DNA of 64,000 bases from Klebsiella phage fENko-Kae01. Position 1 is the first letter of the stretch; each line of letters begins with the position of its first letter. Below are positions 28,921 to 39,569 of the stretch, one piece after another. Under the pieces are notes generated by a model, which was given only the letters and a program-made list of their open reading frames with translations, was not told where the DNA came from and did not search any database. The DNA is taken from sequence record OR228459.1; one strand, written 5' to 3'. The position numbers and the translations under genes are program-made.

Positions 28921-29250
28921 ATGTTTCTACAATATTATGGCATGATTGGTTTTGCTATTGGTATTATAATCTGCTTAGTTTTTCTTTACCAATGGTATTT
29001 CAATGTAAAAGAATTTAAAGAACTAAAATACTTTGGTTCTTTCTTTTGTGTAATTGGTACTATTATGTCAGTGGTTGGTTATGTAGTATTGGTTATTTTT
29101 GATGTTGGTGGTGATAATCCCGAACAGATGTTGCGTTTCTGGAACAGATGTGGTATTATATATTCAACAATTACGATATTATTCGTGATTGAGATGCTAT
29201 TACATTATCGTTCCAAGTATATTATTGGAGATAAGAACAATGAAACCTGA
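28921..29250 (+). CDS. multi-pass membrane protein (109 aa)
   Basis: TAGGAG RBS. Hydrophobic. Confidence 0.55.
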   Translation: MFLQYYGMIGFAIGIIICLVFLYQWYFNVKEFKELKYFGSFFCVIGTIMSVVGYVVLVIFDVGGDNPEQMLRFWNRCGIIYSTITILFVIEMLLHYRSKYIIGDKNNET

Positions 29251-29368
29251 TTCATGGGTTATTGAAGATATTCGCAGAATGCGGCAAACAAAAACCCGTA
29301 CACAAATCGAAGAATCATATTTAGAACTTCTATTGTGGTATGTGAAAGTACTTAATTCTAAGGAGTAA
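29240..29368 (+). CDS. small hypothetical protein (42 aa, not in ORF track)
   Basis: A GGAG RBS 8 nt upstream of the ATG. Overlaps the end of the upstream gene. Confidence 0.3.
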   Translation: MKPDSWVIEDIRRMRQTKTRTQIEESYLELLLWYVKVLNSKE

Positions 29369-29371
29369 TAT

Positions 29372-29710
29372 ATGTTCGGAACTACTAGTGATTTTATTGT
29401 TATTATCAGCCTAACATTAATGGTTATGTTATTCCTTGATTATGTCTTCGGTGCTGACAAACTTGAATTTGCCCGGACATTACTTGTAAAGAATCAGGAA
29501 TGGATTTTTGCACTAGGTTGGATTGGTGTTGGAACTATATTCAAATGTATTGGAATCTTCACTGATAGTGAAACACTATATGGTTTAGGAACTTTTTATG
29601 TTTGGATTATTATTGGTGCTTTCGGTATATATTATGGTTCCTTATATGTGGTAAAATTTATTTTAAATCTACGTTCTGCTAATATTGCAAAACGCAAAAA
29701 GCCCCGCTAA
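29372..29710 (+). CDS. multi-pass membrane protein (112 aa)
   Basis: TAAGGAG RBS. Stop lies inside the bidirectional terminator. Confidence 0.55.
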   Translation: MFGTTSDFIVIISLTLMVMLFLDYVFGADKLEFARTLLVKNQEWIFALGWIGVGTIFKCIGIFTDSETLYGLGTFYVWIIIGAFGIYYGSLYVVKFILNLRSANIAKRKKPR

Positions 29711-29722
29711 GGGGCTTTTTTA
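29696..29722. terminator. bidirectional rho-independent terminator
   Basis: aaaaaGCCCCgctaaGGGGCtttttt. Separates the convergent plus-strand block and the minus-strand MIPF array. Confidence 0.7.
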
Positions 29723-30367
29723 TTCAAATGGATATGTTGGTGGAGTTATGGATGATTCTGTATACAACGCAGAATTGCTTATTCTGATTTGGTCATAGTA
29801 AGCATTAGCAGAAGTTTCATACCCACCAATTCGTAATGGTGTGTTATAAACACCCCATCGATCACCATTAAGAATCATTTTCAAAGAACCACTGATATAT
29901 AAACGAACATCGGTTCCGCTCTGTACTAATGCTACATGTGTCCATACATTAAGTGGTATATTACTTGAAATTAGGCTAGTACCTTTCGTTCTACCCTGTA
30001 AGTACAAATTACTTGTATAGATTTTTACACCACCAGTAACACCAGTACCATTACTGATATACCAGTTATTGGTATTTCTACCAACAGCATACATGTAAAA
30101 TTCAATAGTATAATCACCTTCTTGTTTAGATACGTTAAGATCTTTCATTTGATCCACAGCTAAACTGATAAAACCAGAAGTGAATCTAAATGATTTCTCT
30201 TGTTCGGGTAATACTATAGTACTGTCTATAGAAGGAGTACTGTTTAATGTAATAACCCTTCCCGGATTCCAAACATCTTTGAATCCATCTTTAGCTCTCA
30301 TGAGCATACCATATTTTTTATCTGGTGCTGTATTAGCATATGTTAATAATCTTGAAAATGGTATCAT
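29720..30367 (-). CDS. MIPF-family paralog 1: ConA/LamG-like lectin-fold protein (215 aa)
   Basis: N-terminus MIPFSRLLTYAN. Jelly-roll-like motifs (NVWTHVALVQSGTDVRLYISG). AAGGAAAA RBS on the minus strand. Confidence 0.6.
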   Translation of the reverse strand: MIPFSRLLTYANTAPDKKYGMLMRAKDGFKDVWNPGRVITLNSTPSIDSTIVLPEQEKSFRFTSGFISLAVDQMKDLNVSKQEGDYTIEFYMYAVGRNTNNWYISNGTGVTGGVKIYTSNLYLQGRTKGTSLISSNIPLNVWTHVALVQSGTDVRLYISGSLKMILNGDRWGVYNTPLRIGGYETSANAYYDQIRISNSALYTESSITPPTYPFE

Positions 30368-30440
30368 TTTATTTTCCTTAATTTTGCAGACATATATTTA
30401 ATTAGAAAAATCCCCTAACTTTGACAGTACATGGATACAT

Positions 30441-31571
30441 TTAAAAAGGTAAATCCGTCTGTTCAGAAATAATATAACTCAATGGTGTTTGGCATATCGA
30501 ATAATTTTTACCAGCCATACTACTAGGTGGATATCCACTCATCCAAATTTTATTACCTGACCAGAAATAATTAATATACGTTCCACCACTATATGACATA
30601 TTCGTATTATAAGAACTGAAATCTACTTCTTTCCATGATTCAAAATATGGTAAATTATTGCTGGACTGACTATTAATAGGACTATACCCTGTACTAACAA
30701 GTTTATTTGTATCAGAATTGTGTAGATATAATCTACTAGGAGATGGAGATATATTGTCATTATAAAATTTACTCATGTCACCTATATTGAATCCAACATT
30801 AATACTTTTTTGACTTAAACCTGAAACCCCTGTATTTGATGTACCGGTAACATGGATAATATTATCAGTACTTATAACAATTATACCATTATTATAATAA
30901 ATGGTATTAGGTGTGAAAGATATATCTTTAAGTACTTCGGTAAACGTAACTTTATCTCCCGGTTGGTCATTTATTTGCAGGGAGTTATTATTTCCAGCAC
31001 CCCAAATAGTATTATCATTTTTTACAATAAAACATGTGTCTCCGCCAGCATCACCAAAAACACTTTTAACATTTTCAGACATTAATACCCAATCACTAAC
31101 AAATGTTTTAGTTCCATTTCCAATAGAACCATTGCGATTATATCCTCTACCATAAAGTTTACCATCATTTAACAAAACAAAGACAGTGTATCCAGCGATA
31201 ATATTTTTAATATTAGATATATCGAAAGCTGAAAAGTACTGACTTACATCTGTAAATCCCTGCTGGATTGTATTCGCATTATGAAAGCAATATAATGATC
31301 CAGTAGCATACATTTTACCATCAGTCTTATGAGCAAAAGTAACATACCCTGTCCAGAAGTTTACAACATCTTGTGCAGACAAGACAATATCTCCTGTTAT
31401 ATTCAAAGCTGTACTTCCACCCCATAGGTAATCATTATCAACACCATGTGCATATAAATCCCCGTTTTCTAAGAGGATCAGACCACGGGTGTTATATGAC
31501 AAAATTTTTTTAATACTTGGTAATCCGGGTGCTATATTAGCATAATTTAATATACGAGTGAATGGTATCAT
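30441..31571 (-). CDS. MIPF-family paralog 2: RCC1-like beta-propeller repeat protein (376 aa)
   Basis: Track ORF 30441..31595 trimmed to the MIPFTRILNYAN start, with an AAGGAG RBS 6 nt upstream. Repeated G.N..G.LG.G-type blades. Confidence 0.65.
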   Translation of the reverse strand: MIPFTRILNYANIAPGLPSIKKILSYNTRGLILLENGDLYAHGVDNDYLWGGSTALNITGDIVLSAQDVVNFWTGYVTFAHKTDGKMYATGSLYCFHNANTIQQGFTDVSQYFSAFDISNIKNIIAGYTVFVLLNDGKLYGRGYNRNGSIGNGTKTFVSDWVLMSENVKSVFGDAGGDTCFIVKNDNTIWGAGNNNSLQINDQPGDKVTFTEVLKDISFTPNTIYYNNGIIVISTDNIIHVTGTSNTGVSGLSQKSINVGFNIGDMSKFYNDNISPSPSRLYLHNSDTNKLVSTGYSPINSQSSNNLPYFESWKEVDFSSYNTNMSYSGGTYINYFWSGNKIWMSGYPPSSMAGKNYSICQTPLSYIISEQTDLPF

Positions 31572-31582
31572 TTTATTTCTCC

Positions 31583-32761
31583 TTACGTGTTCCACGGTAA
31601 TTTTATTGGTGTGAATTTTGGATACAAAATAGTTGCTTCTAAACCGGGTAAGTACTTACCTTGTCCAGCACCATAAACATTCCCATTAACATCACACAGT
31701 ATTGTTGAATAATTTCCACATGCAGTTATTGTTTTTATTTCTGAACCTTTTACTTGTACATCCCCTCCACCAAAAATAGTTGGTAGGTAATTAACAATAG
31801 TTGCCACAGTAGAACCAGTACCAGATGAATACGAACTCGCATTATTATATCCATTAACCATCAATCTATCATAACCATCAACAATATATGTAAGAACATT
31901 AAATGTAGTGAATGATGATTTTGCAGGTAATGACAATGTATTAGTAACTAATGTTGGTTTTTGAACCGGGGCAGGTGAAGCAGTACTTCCCGGTGTTGCA
32001 GTACTATAATAATTTGTACCCCATGAATATACATTACCATCAATTGTGATACATTTATAGGATAATGCATCGCTTGATAACGATTTACACTTTTGATTAT
32101 TTGGTAACACCAATCTTGTAAATGATAAAAGTGTAACCCCGTTATTGGCAATGCCAGAATTATTATCATTTCCACATCGGTATAGTTCTCCGGTTTTAGT
32201 AAGGAGCCATGTTGCAATATTTCCATTAACATCAAGTACTTCCTCTACTGGCCCACCAGTATGCTGTAACATAGTCCATGTTAATGGTGCGGTACTTAAT
32301 CCAAATGATGGATAATTAGTTGGACTAATTACTTTTACAACCCCAGAACTATCAATTTTATATAATCCATGTCTAGTAGTAAATAACTTATGAATATCAT
32401 TGCCATCTGATAGCATTAGATCAGTGAAATCAGTAAATGTATTTGTATTCGATGCATTTGGTATAACAGACGCAATCCAACCCGTATAAAACCATTTTCC
32501 ATCTACTGTTTTGATTATACATCCCGGAGTCATATCTTCTATCCAAAAGTCTTCTACGTCATCGCGAAGAATATGCCATCCATCTAAAAAATTATTAATG
32601 TCTTGACCATTGCCAAATTCACCATTACTACTTTCACCGAATGCATATAATATATTATTATTATCTAACAGATAAAGTGCTTTTTGCCATCCTGCTATTT
32701 TCTTTACAAATTTGTTTTGTACGGTATTTCCATACGTTAATATCCTTGCGAATGGTATCAT
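31583..32761 (-). CDS. MIPF-family paralog 3: RCC1-like repeat protein (392 aa)
   Basis: N-terminus MIPFARILTYGN. GESSNGEFGNGQ-type repeats. Confidence 0.65.
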   Translation of the reverse strand: MIPFARILTYGNTVQNKFVKKIAGWQKALYLLDNNNILYAFGESSNGEFGNGQDINNFLDGWHILRDDVEDFWIEDMTPGCIIKTVDGKWFYTGWIASVIPNASNTNTFTDFTDLMLSDGNDIHKLFTTRHGLYKIDSSGVVKVISPTNYPSFGLSTAPLTWTMLQHTGGPVEEVLDVNGNIATWLLTKTGELYRCGNDNNSGIANNGVTLLSFTRLVLPNNQKCKSLSSDALSYKCITIDGNVYSWGTNYYSTATPGSTASPAPVQKPTLVTNTLSLPAKSSFTTFNVLTYIVDGYDRLMVNGYNNASSYSSGTGSTVATIVNYLPTIFGGGDVQVKGSEIKTITACGNYSTILCDVNGNVYGAGQGKYLPGLEATILYPKFTPIKLPWNT

Positions 32762-33954
32762 TTTATATCTCCTTGATTTACATTCAATCCATGTTTCATT
32801 GATTCTTTCGTTAAATCTTTTGGGAATTTACCAAATTTGTCTGATATATTAGTATAAGTATCATATGTAATTATTTCTGTTTTAGTATTAAATCTACCAC
32901 ACATATATATTGAACCATCTTTCAAGTATACATAAGTTGCTGAGTTACCTAAATCAAGATACACAATATCATTAGTATTAAATGGAACTTGAACTTTTAC
33001 TGGAGATACTCTAACGGTTCCATCATTTAATCCTCTAAATGAAGTATTTCCGGTAACATACATACCTTCATTTGTGTAATACATAGTTGTATTACAGTTT
33101 GAAAATGAATTATCAGCAAGACCTATAATACTGGTTCTCATAGGCCATGAATTACTTATTATAGTGGTTGACGTTAGATTATTAGTAGAACCATTACCAA
33201 ATACACCATTAAAACCAAATCCTCTTCCATACCACGTTTTATCAACATAAGAAGGAAAAATTATTGCATATTGATGATCCTGTAGTGATTTACCATATAT
33301 CTCATCAGTACTAGCATTTCCAATTAATACTGGATATGAATAAAAAGTACTTTCAGGGGCTGATGAAAATATACTAGCTATATTTTGACCACCACCATGT
33401 ACTTGACCCGATGTATTAATTGTCCACCAGTTTGTACCACTATTACCTATAGCTATAATATTTGTACTTACTAAATTCCAATTTGTATATGGCACTGTAC
33501 TAGAGTTTAAACCCCTTTGTGAACCAATCACTCTGAAAAAATTATTATTATCTATGAAACCAATACTAGGGGAACCTGTATTAAATGAAACTGTATCAAT
33601 AATAATAGAGCCTGAAGAAAAGAAAATATCTTCTTTGAAAGTTGTTTCCATTGTATTGTCATTACTAGTACGATAAACTCTAGAACCCGTATAATAGACT
33701 TTATTATTAGTTTCTTGAAGCATCAAAGAGTTCCCAAATTGATCCATCCAGAAATTTTTTACGTTATTTCTTATAAGTGTCCAATCTTCATGCCATACTT
33801 TTGCTTGACCATCACCAAAAGCACCATTGCCTCTACCATGCAATTCCCCATTACTTAATAAAATCATCCAAGATGCTGTACTGAATTGTATTTTAACAAT
33901 CTTAGAATCTTCCGCTATATTGCCATAATTTAACATTCTTGTGAACGGTATCAT
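32758..33954 (-). CDS. MIPF-family paralog 4: RCC1-like repeat protein (398 aa)
   Basis: N-terminus MIPFTRMLNYGN. ATGA overlap with paralog 3. Confidence 0.65.
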   Translation of the reverse strand: MIPFTRMLNYGNIAEDSKIVKIQFSTASWMILLSNGELHGRGNGAFGDGQAKVWHEDWTLIRNNVKNFWMDQFGNSLMLQETNNKVYYTGSRVYRTSNDNTMETTFKEDIFFSSGSIIIDTVSFNTGSPSIGFIDNNNFFRVIGSQRGLNSSTVPYTNWNLVSTNIIAIGNSGTNWWTINTSGQVHGGGQNIASIFSSAPESTFYSYPVLIGNASTDEIYGKSLQDHQYAIIFPSYVDKTWYGRGFGFNGVFGNGSTNNLTSTTIISNSWPMRTSIIGLADNSFSNCNTTMYYTNEGMYVTGNTSFRGLNDGTVRVSPVKVQVPFNTNDIVYLDLGNSATYVYLKDGSIYMCGRFNTKTEIITYDTYTNISDKFGKFPKDLTKESMKHGLNVNQGDIK

Positions 33955-33964
33955 CCCCTTCTCC

Positions 33965-35131
33965 TTATATTATTCTTGGTTGCATTGGAACTTTATTCCA
34001 TTTGGTAAAATCTTCAGTTGACCCCGGTATCCATCTTGAATTACCCACTGCATATACCGTATTTTCATGCCAATAATACACGTAATAACCACCTTGAACA
34101 ACATGTGTTGGATCGAAGATAATATCTTGAAGAAAACCATTTTGCACTAAGGTTGAATATATTATTGTTGATGTATTACCTATTCCAAATCTACCATAGT
34201 AATCAGAACCAGAACTATATATAGATTCTGAAGTACAAAGATAAATTGCTCCTTCACTGCAAAAACTATTTGTGTACTGAACAAATTTACTGGCTAATTC
34301 AGAATCAATTAATGTATTTTTTGTTAGTGTCGTGTAATAAGAAGATGCAGTAGTCCCATCAGCACATAAACCATTACCACGAAACCCGCTCATATATACA
34401 TCATTGCTTTCTGTAATAATCAAGACATTATTAGCACTTAAAATAATGGTTTTTATTGGCAATGTAAACGGTACTTTATAGAATATAGGTTGCTCACTTG
34501 AAAATCCTAGACCTAAAGTTCCATATAAATTTCTTCCAGTACCGAAAAGTTCACCTGATGTACTAATATAAAATGAGGCATCACTTGATGAACTTAATGA
34601 ACTATAAATTTCTTTCACTCCACTAGCTACACGTTTAAATGATGCTGAAGGTGTAGTACCTAAACCAATATTACCGTACTGATTATTTGATGCATATGTT
34701 CCTTGACCAATAGCATAAAGCTGTTCATCTTGTAATAAAAATAATCCTCTACTTCCAAACATTAATTTGGCTTTGTTTAAATCAAAGTTATTGAAAGTTG
34801 ATGTTATTTCAGTAAATGTATTTAAATATCCAGATGATGCTCCCAATGATGCTCGATAACCAGTAAAAAACACTTTATTATTTTCAGTAATAATTAAAGT
34901 ACAGTCAACACCAACATATATATCTTTTATATTTTCGATTGGACATTTTACCCATGTATTTTTGTTTACTAATGTTCCATCACCTAATTGACCACTTGTA
35001 TTATCACCAGTACCAAATGCTTGACCATCATCAAATAGTACAAAAATAAATCCATAATACGAAACAACTTTTTTAATTTTAGTTTTTGGTAAAATATTAC
35101 CATATGATATAATTCTTGCAAATGGAATCAT
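33965..35131 (-). CDS. MIPF-family paralog 5: RCC1-like repeat protein (388 aa)
   Basis: N-terminus MIPFARIISYGN. GDNTSGQLGDGT, a classic RCC1 blade motif. Confidence 0.65.
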   Translation of the reverse strand: MIPFARIISYGNILPKTKIKKVVSYYGFIFVLFDDGQAFGTGDNTSGQLGDGTLVNKNTWVKCPIENIKDIYVGVDCTLIITENNKVFFTGYRASLGASSGYLNTFTEITSTFNNFDLNKAKLMFGSRGLFLLQDEQLYAIGQGTYASNNQYGNIGLGTTPSASFKRVASGVKEIYSSLSSSSDASFYISTSGELFGTGRNLYGTLGLGFSSEQPIFYKVPFTLPIKTIILSANNVLIITESNDVYMSGFRGNGLCADGTTASSYYTTLTKNTLIDSELASKFVQYTNSFCSEGAIYLCTSESIYSSGSDYYGRFGIGNTSTIIYSTLVQNGFLQDIIFDPTHVVQGGYYVYYWHENTVYAVGNSRWIPGSTEDFTKWNKVPMQPRII

Positions 35132-35170
35132 AATCCCCTCATAATTCTTGTAATTATATTATATTTAATT

Positions 35171-35208
35171 AAAAAAGGTCAGTACTGGTATTGTACTGAC
35201 CTTTTTAT
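35171..35208 (-). terminator. intra-array terminator hairpin (bidirectional) followed by conserved leader
   Basis: aaaaaaGGTCAGTACtggtattGTACTGACCttttt. On the minus strand it is followed by a conserved ~35-nt leader (aattaaatataatataattacaagaattatgagggg) ahead of paralog 5. Confidence 0.55.
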
Positions 35209-36329
35209 TATTTCCAAGGCATTTTTTCATCGGCAAGTCGAGTAAGCCTATTAAAAAATGAAATTCCATTTATTGGTGTATTACCACATACAAACATATC
35301 ATCGTTATTATCAATAACCATTGAAAATAAATTATCACCACCAAATGAAACAATATTAGATACTGTACCGAATATCATTGGTGTTAGTGTAGCTTGTGCT
35401 GATGAAGATGCACCATTACCACATTGTCCATAGCTATTAAATCCACAACGCCATATTTGATTGTTAATCCATATCATCGGTGACATACCCAAACTGTTTG
35501 TTAAAGAACCAATTACTCTTAATGGTACAGAAGGATCAAATTGAGTACTGATCTGTACTGAATTAAGTACTGGATTTGTATTACCAACCGAACCTTGACC
35601 TTGTGTGTTAATTGATGCAGTTCGTATAGAACCATCTTTCATAAAATAATATGTTGTATAAAACGTATTAGCAGTGTACAATACATCATCCAATGTTTTC
35701 GTAAATGTAGGTACTGAGGTTGGTGTAGTACCAGATAACATCATCATTCCTGCATAATAACAACTTCCATCACTTAATATTAAACAGGTTGTATTGAATG
35801 AACAGGACATGTACTGAACGTTTTCGATTGAACTATATGTGAATTTAGTAACACTAGCAGAACTACCAGTACCGAAACACCCAGCACTATTGCTTCCATA
35901 AAAGAACCATTTTCCATTATTCAATAATACTCTAATACCTTCAGCAATGTAAACACTTTTTATATCATCTGGCGATACCCCAAAATCTGAAAAGTACTTC
36001 GTTACATTAACAAAGGATCTTGTATTTTGTGCTATTGGCATACCATATGTACTTCCAGTGTACCACATTATATTATCTTCATCTATAGCCAGTGTTCCAT
36101 GTACACCACCGAAATATCTTTTCACTCTGGTTAATACCTTAGTCCACGATGATAGGTTCGTTGTATCACCAGTTCCTAATTGACCCAAGTTATTCTGTCC
36201 AATTGCATATAGATCACCATTACGGTGTAAATACCATGCTGCACTGTAATTTACCTGAACTCGTTCACCCAATATAGTCGGTGCTTTAACTTCATTGCCA
36301 TAACTTAATATTCTTGTAAATGGTATCAT
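35208..36329 (-). CDS. MIPF-family paralog 6: RCC1-like repeat protein (373 aa)
   Basis: N-terminus MIPFTRILSYGN. GQNNLGQLGTGD. Confidence 0.65.
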   Translation of the reverse strand: MIPFTRILSYGNEVKAPTILGERVQVNYSAAWYLHRNGDLYAIGQNNLGQLGTGDTTNLSSWTKVLTRVKRYFGGVHGTLAIDEDNIMWYTGSTYGMPIAQNTRSFVNVTKYFSDFGVSPDDIKSVYIAEGIRVLLNNGKWFFYGSNSAGCFGTGSSASVTKFTYSSIENVQYMSCSFNTTCLILSDGSCYYAGMMMLSGTTPTSVPTFTKTLDDVLYTANTFYTTYYFMKDGSIRTASINTQGQGSVGNTNPVLNSVQISTQFDPSVPLRVIGSLTNSLGMSPMIWINNQIWRCGFNSYGQCGNGASSSAQATLTPMIFGTVSNIVSFGGDNLFSMVIDNNDDMFVCGNTPINGISFFNRLTRLADEKMPWK

Positions 36330-36351
36330 TATTATTCCTCGATTATTTTAA

Positions 36352-37521
36352 TTACATTGGCAATACCAACGGAAGTACTGAACCAATACCATATGTTGGA
36401 ACATTACTTTGTATTGTTGGTGCTGTATTTTTTGGTGAAGATGTGGCTATATTAGGAAAAGATGAAGATGGATTAAACAATACTATATTACCAGAACCAC
36501 TCATAAGCATCAACCCATCGTATTTCTCATTTTGTGCACATTTCTCGAATGTTCCAATGTCAACTGTAGAATTCACATAGTTTTTACTTCTATGTCCACA
36601 ACCATATATTTCATTATCAACTGTCATGTAATATGATACGCTTCCTGAACTCGTATTAATAAATTTAAAATAGCTACGGAAATTAGCTGGTAGAATTGGT
36701 AATGTTCCTGATACGAATCCATAAAACCCACTATTAGTATTACCATTACCCAACGAACCATATGATCCCCATCCAGTTCCGTAATATGTCCCATCAGATA
36801 AAAAAATTATACAATTGTTATTGCACATTTTAATTTGATTGATTTTTTGAACATCCACACCCGGAAATGATTCAGTAAATGTTAATACATTAGAAACACT
36901 ACTTGCATTACATTGGTTTTGTGTATTACGTCCAGATGATAGTACTGTGCCATCTTCTAAGATAATTCTTGCTGCTCCAGTACCAGACATACATGCTACC
37001 GCATTTGATGAATTAAACAATTTCTTTAACGAAAAAAAACCAACATTGGCTTTCCCTTGACCTGACCAACCTTCTGTATCAGTACCAATACCCCACACCG
37101 AACCATCATTATGAATAAGCATAAGACCATTTCTATCAATATTAATGTATTTTATCTCATTAATATCTATTCCGACAAAACTAGATGTAACGTCAATCCA
37201 TGTATTCGAAACTGTTACAGAACTTTTCAATACGTTGTGACCCGTTAACATAACTTTACCAGTACTTGTAATATATATTGTTTGTGAAAAACCAGTACTA
37301 CATAACCTAACTTCATCAACTTCGGGAACCATAATCCACTCATTAAATGAATTTGTGTTATTTCCAGTACCCAATTGACCATTGGCATTACTACCAGACA
37401 AATATAACTTTTCATTGTAAATCAATGAATACGTTTCACTATATTCTGAAGTACTCAATAAAATTGATTTTGGTATTGGTGGTGTATTTCCATATAACAT
37501 GATTCTAGCAAATGGTATCAT
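36352..37521 (-). CDS. MIPF-family paralog 7: RCC1-like repeat protein (389 aa)
   Basis: Track ORF 36352..37536 trimmed to the MIPFARIMLYGN start, which follows a GGGAGG RBS. GSNANGQLGTGN. Confidence 0.65.
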   Translation of the reverse strand: MIPFARIMLYGNTPPIPKSILLSTSEYSETYSLIYNEKLYLSGSNANGQLGTGNNTNSFNEWIMVPEVDEVRLCSTGFSQTIYITSTGKVMLTGHNVLKSSVTVSNTWIDVTSSFVGIDINEIKYINIDRNGLMLIHNDGSVWGIGTDTEGWSGQGKANVGFFSLKKLFNSSNAVACMSGTGAARIILEDGTVLSSGRNTQNQCNASSVSNVLTFTESFPGVDVQKINQIKMCNNNCIIFLSDGTYYGTGWGSYGSLGNGNTNSGFYGFVSGTLPILPANFRSYFKFINTSSGSVSYYMTVDNEIYGCGHRSKNYVNSTVDIGTFEKCAQNEKYDGLMLMSGSGNIVLFNPSSSFPNIATSSPKNTAPTIQSNVPTYGIGSVLPLVLPM

Positions 37522-38220
37522 ATTTGAACCTCCCACATCTTAACATATTGTATCCTACCTTTGAATAAAACTGGATTAGCATTATTATCTCCAGCAACAT
37601 ATGAGCCAAATAAACTAAAATACTGATTATCTGGTGATAATATTTGATACCAAGGAAATGTTTGTGTTTCATTAAAAAGTTCAGAATGTACAGTAACAGA
37701 AATACCTTTTCTAAACTCCATTTTTATAGTATCCCATGCATTGGGGTTAGACCATGTTGGAAGTATTCGGGCAAAATTATTTCCCCAATCTATGAATACT
37801 TGATTATATGTAGCACTATATTGGTTGAATGCATTAACAAATCCCGATATTCTTCTGCTATTATAATTACCAGTTTCAAATAACGTTTGCCCCCCCAAGT
37901 GGTGAACATTTCATTCTATATTCTATGGCAAATGCATTATACAGACTGAAGTCTAATTTGATTCCTTTTACTGGATTTATAGTTCTAAAATAAACACTAC
38001 TATTTGTACAATCCAATACATTAGACCCTATTTCATCATCATATACCACAGTTCCGGCGATGGGATTAGTTATACCTATTTGTGAACGTTGTAAAAATGC
38101 ATTACCTGCTCTATCAGGAATACCAGTACTACCAATTTTTTGAGTACTGTAATCTACATCAAGTATCATTTTTTCGGGTGCAATATTCCCGTATTTTAAT
38201 ATCATTGAAAATGGTATCAT
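37518..38220 (-). pseudogene. MIPF-family paralog 8: ConA/LamG-like lectin-fold gene split by a frameshift at a G7 (coding-strand) run
   Basis: Two adjacent ORFs in different frames (37876..38220, which begins MIPFSMILKYGN, and 37518..37898). They fuse into one ~238-aa protein if the C7/G7 run at 37890-37896 loses one base. The fused size and fold resemble paralog 1. Confidence 0.55.
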
Positions 38221-38307
38221 AATCCCCTCATAATTCTTGTAATTATATTATATTTAACCAAAAAAAGCCAGTACACCATTTTTAGTACTACACGAAATTT
38301 AAGTTTA

Positions 38308-39492
38308 CTATAATTTCCACGGTAATTGCATTAGAGATTGAAAATATCCATTGAAAATATCATTTGTTAAACAAGTTGGGTTCGTGTTTTTCCCGCAGCC
38401 CAAAATAATATTTTCATCCCTGCATATATATCCATTATAATAATTACATATAATAATATCATGTTCTTTGCAAATTATATCAGGAACTATAGTATATGTA
38501 CCTATATATTGGGGTGATGTTCCTAAACCCAACGCATAATTATAATTATTTCCAGTACTATATAATCTATTATTAATATCAACATACATGGAAACGCCAC
38601 TATGCATTGTATATACTTTACCAAAATAATTATAATCATTACATGAATTCGGTAATTCCACGGTGATCATATTACCTGATGTATTTTGATTCGTATTCGT
38701 TGTATTTCCATCACCGAATGCCCCGGCTGAATTCGTACCAATACAATATGCTGTTGACTTAGTATACGCAATCGTATTGTTAGTAGACATCCTAACCTGA
38801 AGTATAGGTTCACTTACAGTACTAAACATTCGATGAAAACGAACAATATTCTCATTATTAATGCCACCCTCAGTACTGGTTTTTATACAATATGATGCAT
38901 TCCTACCAGCACCCCACACTGTCCCGTCTTTTTTAATATATACACTATTTTGTGAAGTAATAGAACAATCTTCAACATCAGTATCTATCAATGTCAATGG
39001 GAAATATCCAGTACTACCAACACCTAATTCACCATAACGATTAAGTCCAATACCATAAAGTTCACCATTGTTTAATAATACAAATGTATTATTCTCAGGA
39101 ACTATTTTTTTAATATCTGATATATTAATAGAACTAAACAAGTTAGAGATATCAGTAAATGTCGTATACCCTGATGCTGTACCACTGTTATTCTGAATTG
39201 CTCGATCGCCTGATAAAAATATTTTATCATCATGCGAAATATATATAGTACTTCCAATCCCATTAGTACATAACTTAATATCCGATTCTGGTATTTTAAA
39301 TAAAGATCTAGGTCTATCTGATTTATGACCCAACCCCAATTGACCATATGCGTTATACCCACCAACATAGGCATCGCCGGTGCTTAATAAAATACTATAA
39401 GAAACATTAGAACTAAAACTTAAATTCATTTGTTTGATATATGGTATTTCTCTTATATTACCGTATGTCAATATCCTAGCAAATGGTATCAT
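38308..39492 (-). CDS. MIPF-family paralog 9: RCC1-like repeat protein (394 aa)
   Basis: N-terminus MIPFARILTYGN. GYNAYGQLGLGH. Preceded on the minus strand by the conserved leader. Confidence 0.65.
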   Translation of the reverse strand: MIPFARILTYGNIREIPYIKQMNLSFSSNVSYSILLSTGDAYVGGYNAYGQLGLGHKSDRPRSLFKIPESDIKLCTNGIGSTIYISHDDKIFLSGDRAIQNNSGTASGYTTFTDISNLFSSINISDIKKIVPENNTFVLLNNGELYGIGLNRYGELGVGSTGYFPLTLIDTDVEDCSITSQNSVYIKKDGTVWGAGRNASYCIKTSTEGGINNENIVRFHRMFSTVSEPILQVRMSTNNTIAYTKSTAYCIGTNSAGAFGDGNTTNTNQNTSGNMITVELPNSCNDYNYFGKVYTMHSGVSMYVDINNRLYSTGNNYNYALGLGTSPQYIGTYTIVPDIICKEHDIIICNYYNGYICRDENIILGCGKNTNPTCLTNDIFNGYFQSLMQLPWKL

Positions 39493-39529
39493 ACATTCTC
39501 CTTATTTGTACAATTATATTATATTTAAT

Positions 39530-39566
39530 TAAAAATGACAGTACTTATGTAGTACTGTCATTTTTC
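39530..39566 (-). terminator. intra-array terminator hairpin
   Basis: aaaaaTGACAGTACTtatgtAGTACTGTCAttttt. Perfect 10-bp stem with T-tracts on both strands. Confidence 0.6.
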
Positions 39567-39569
39567 TTA

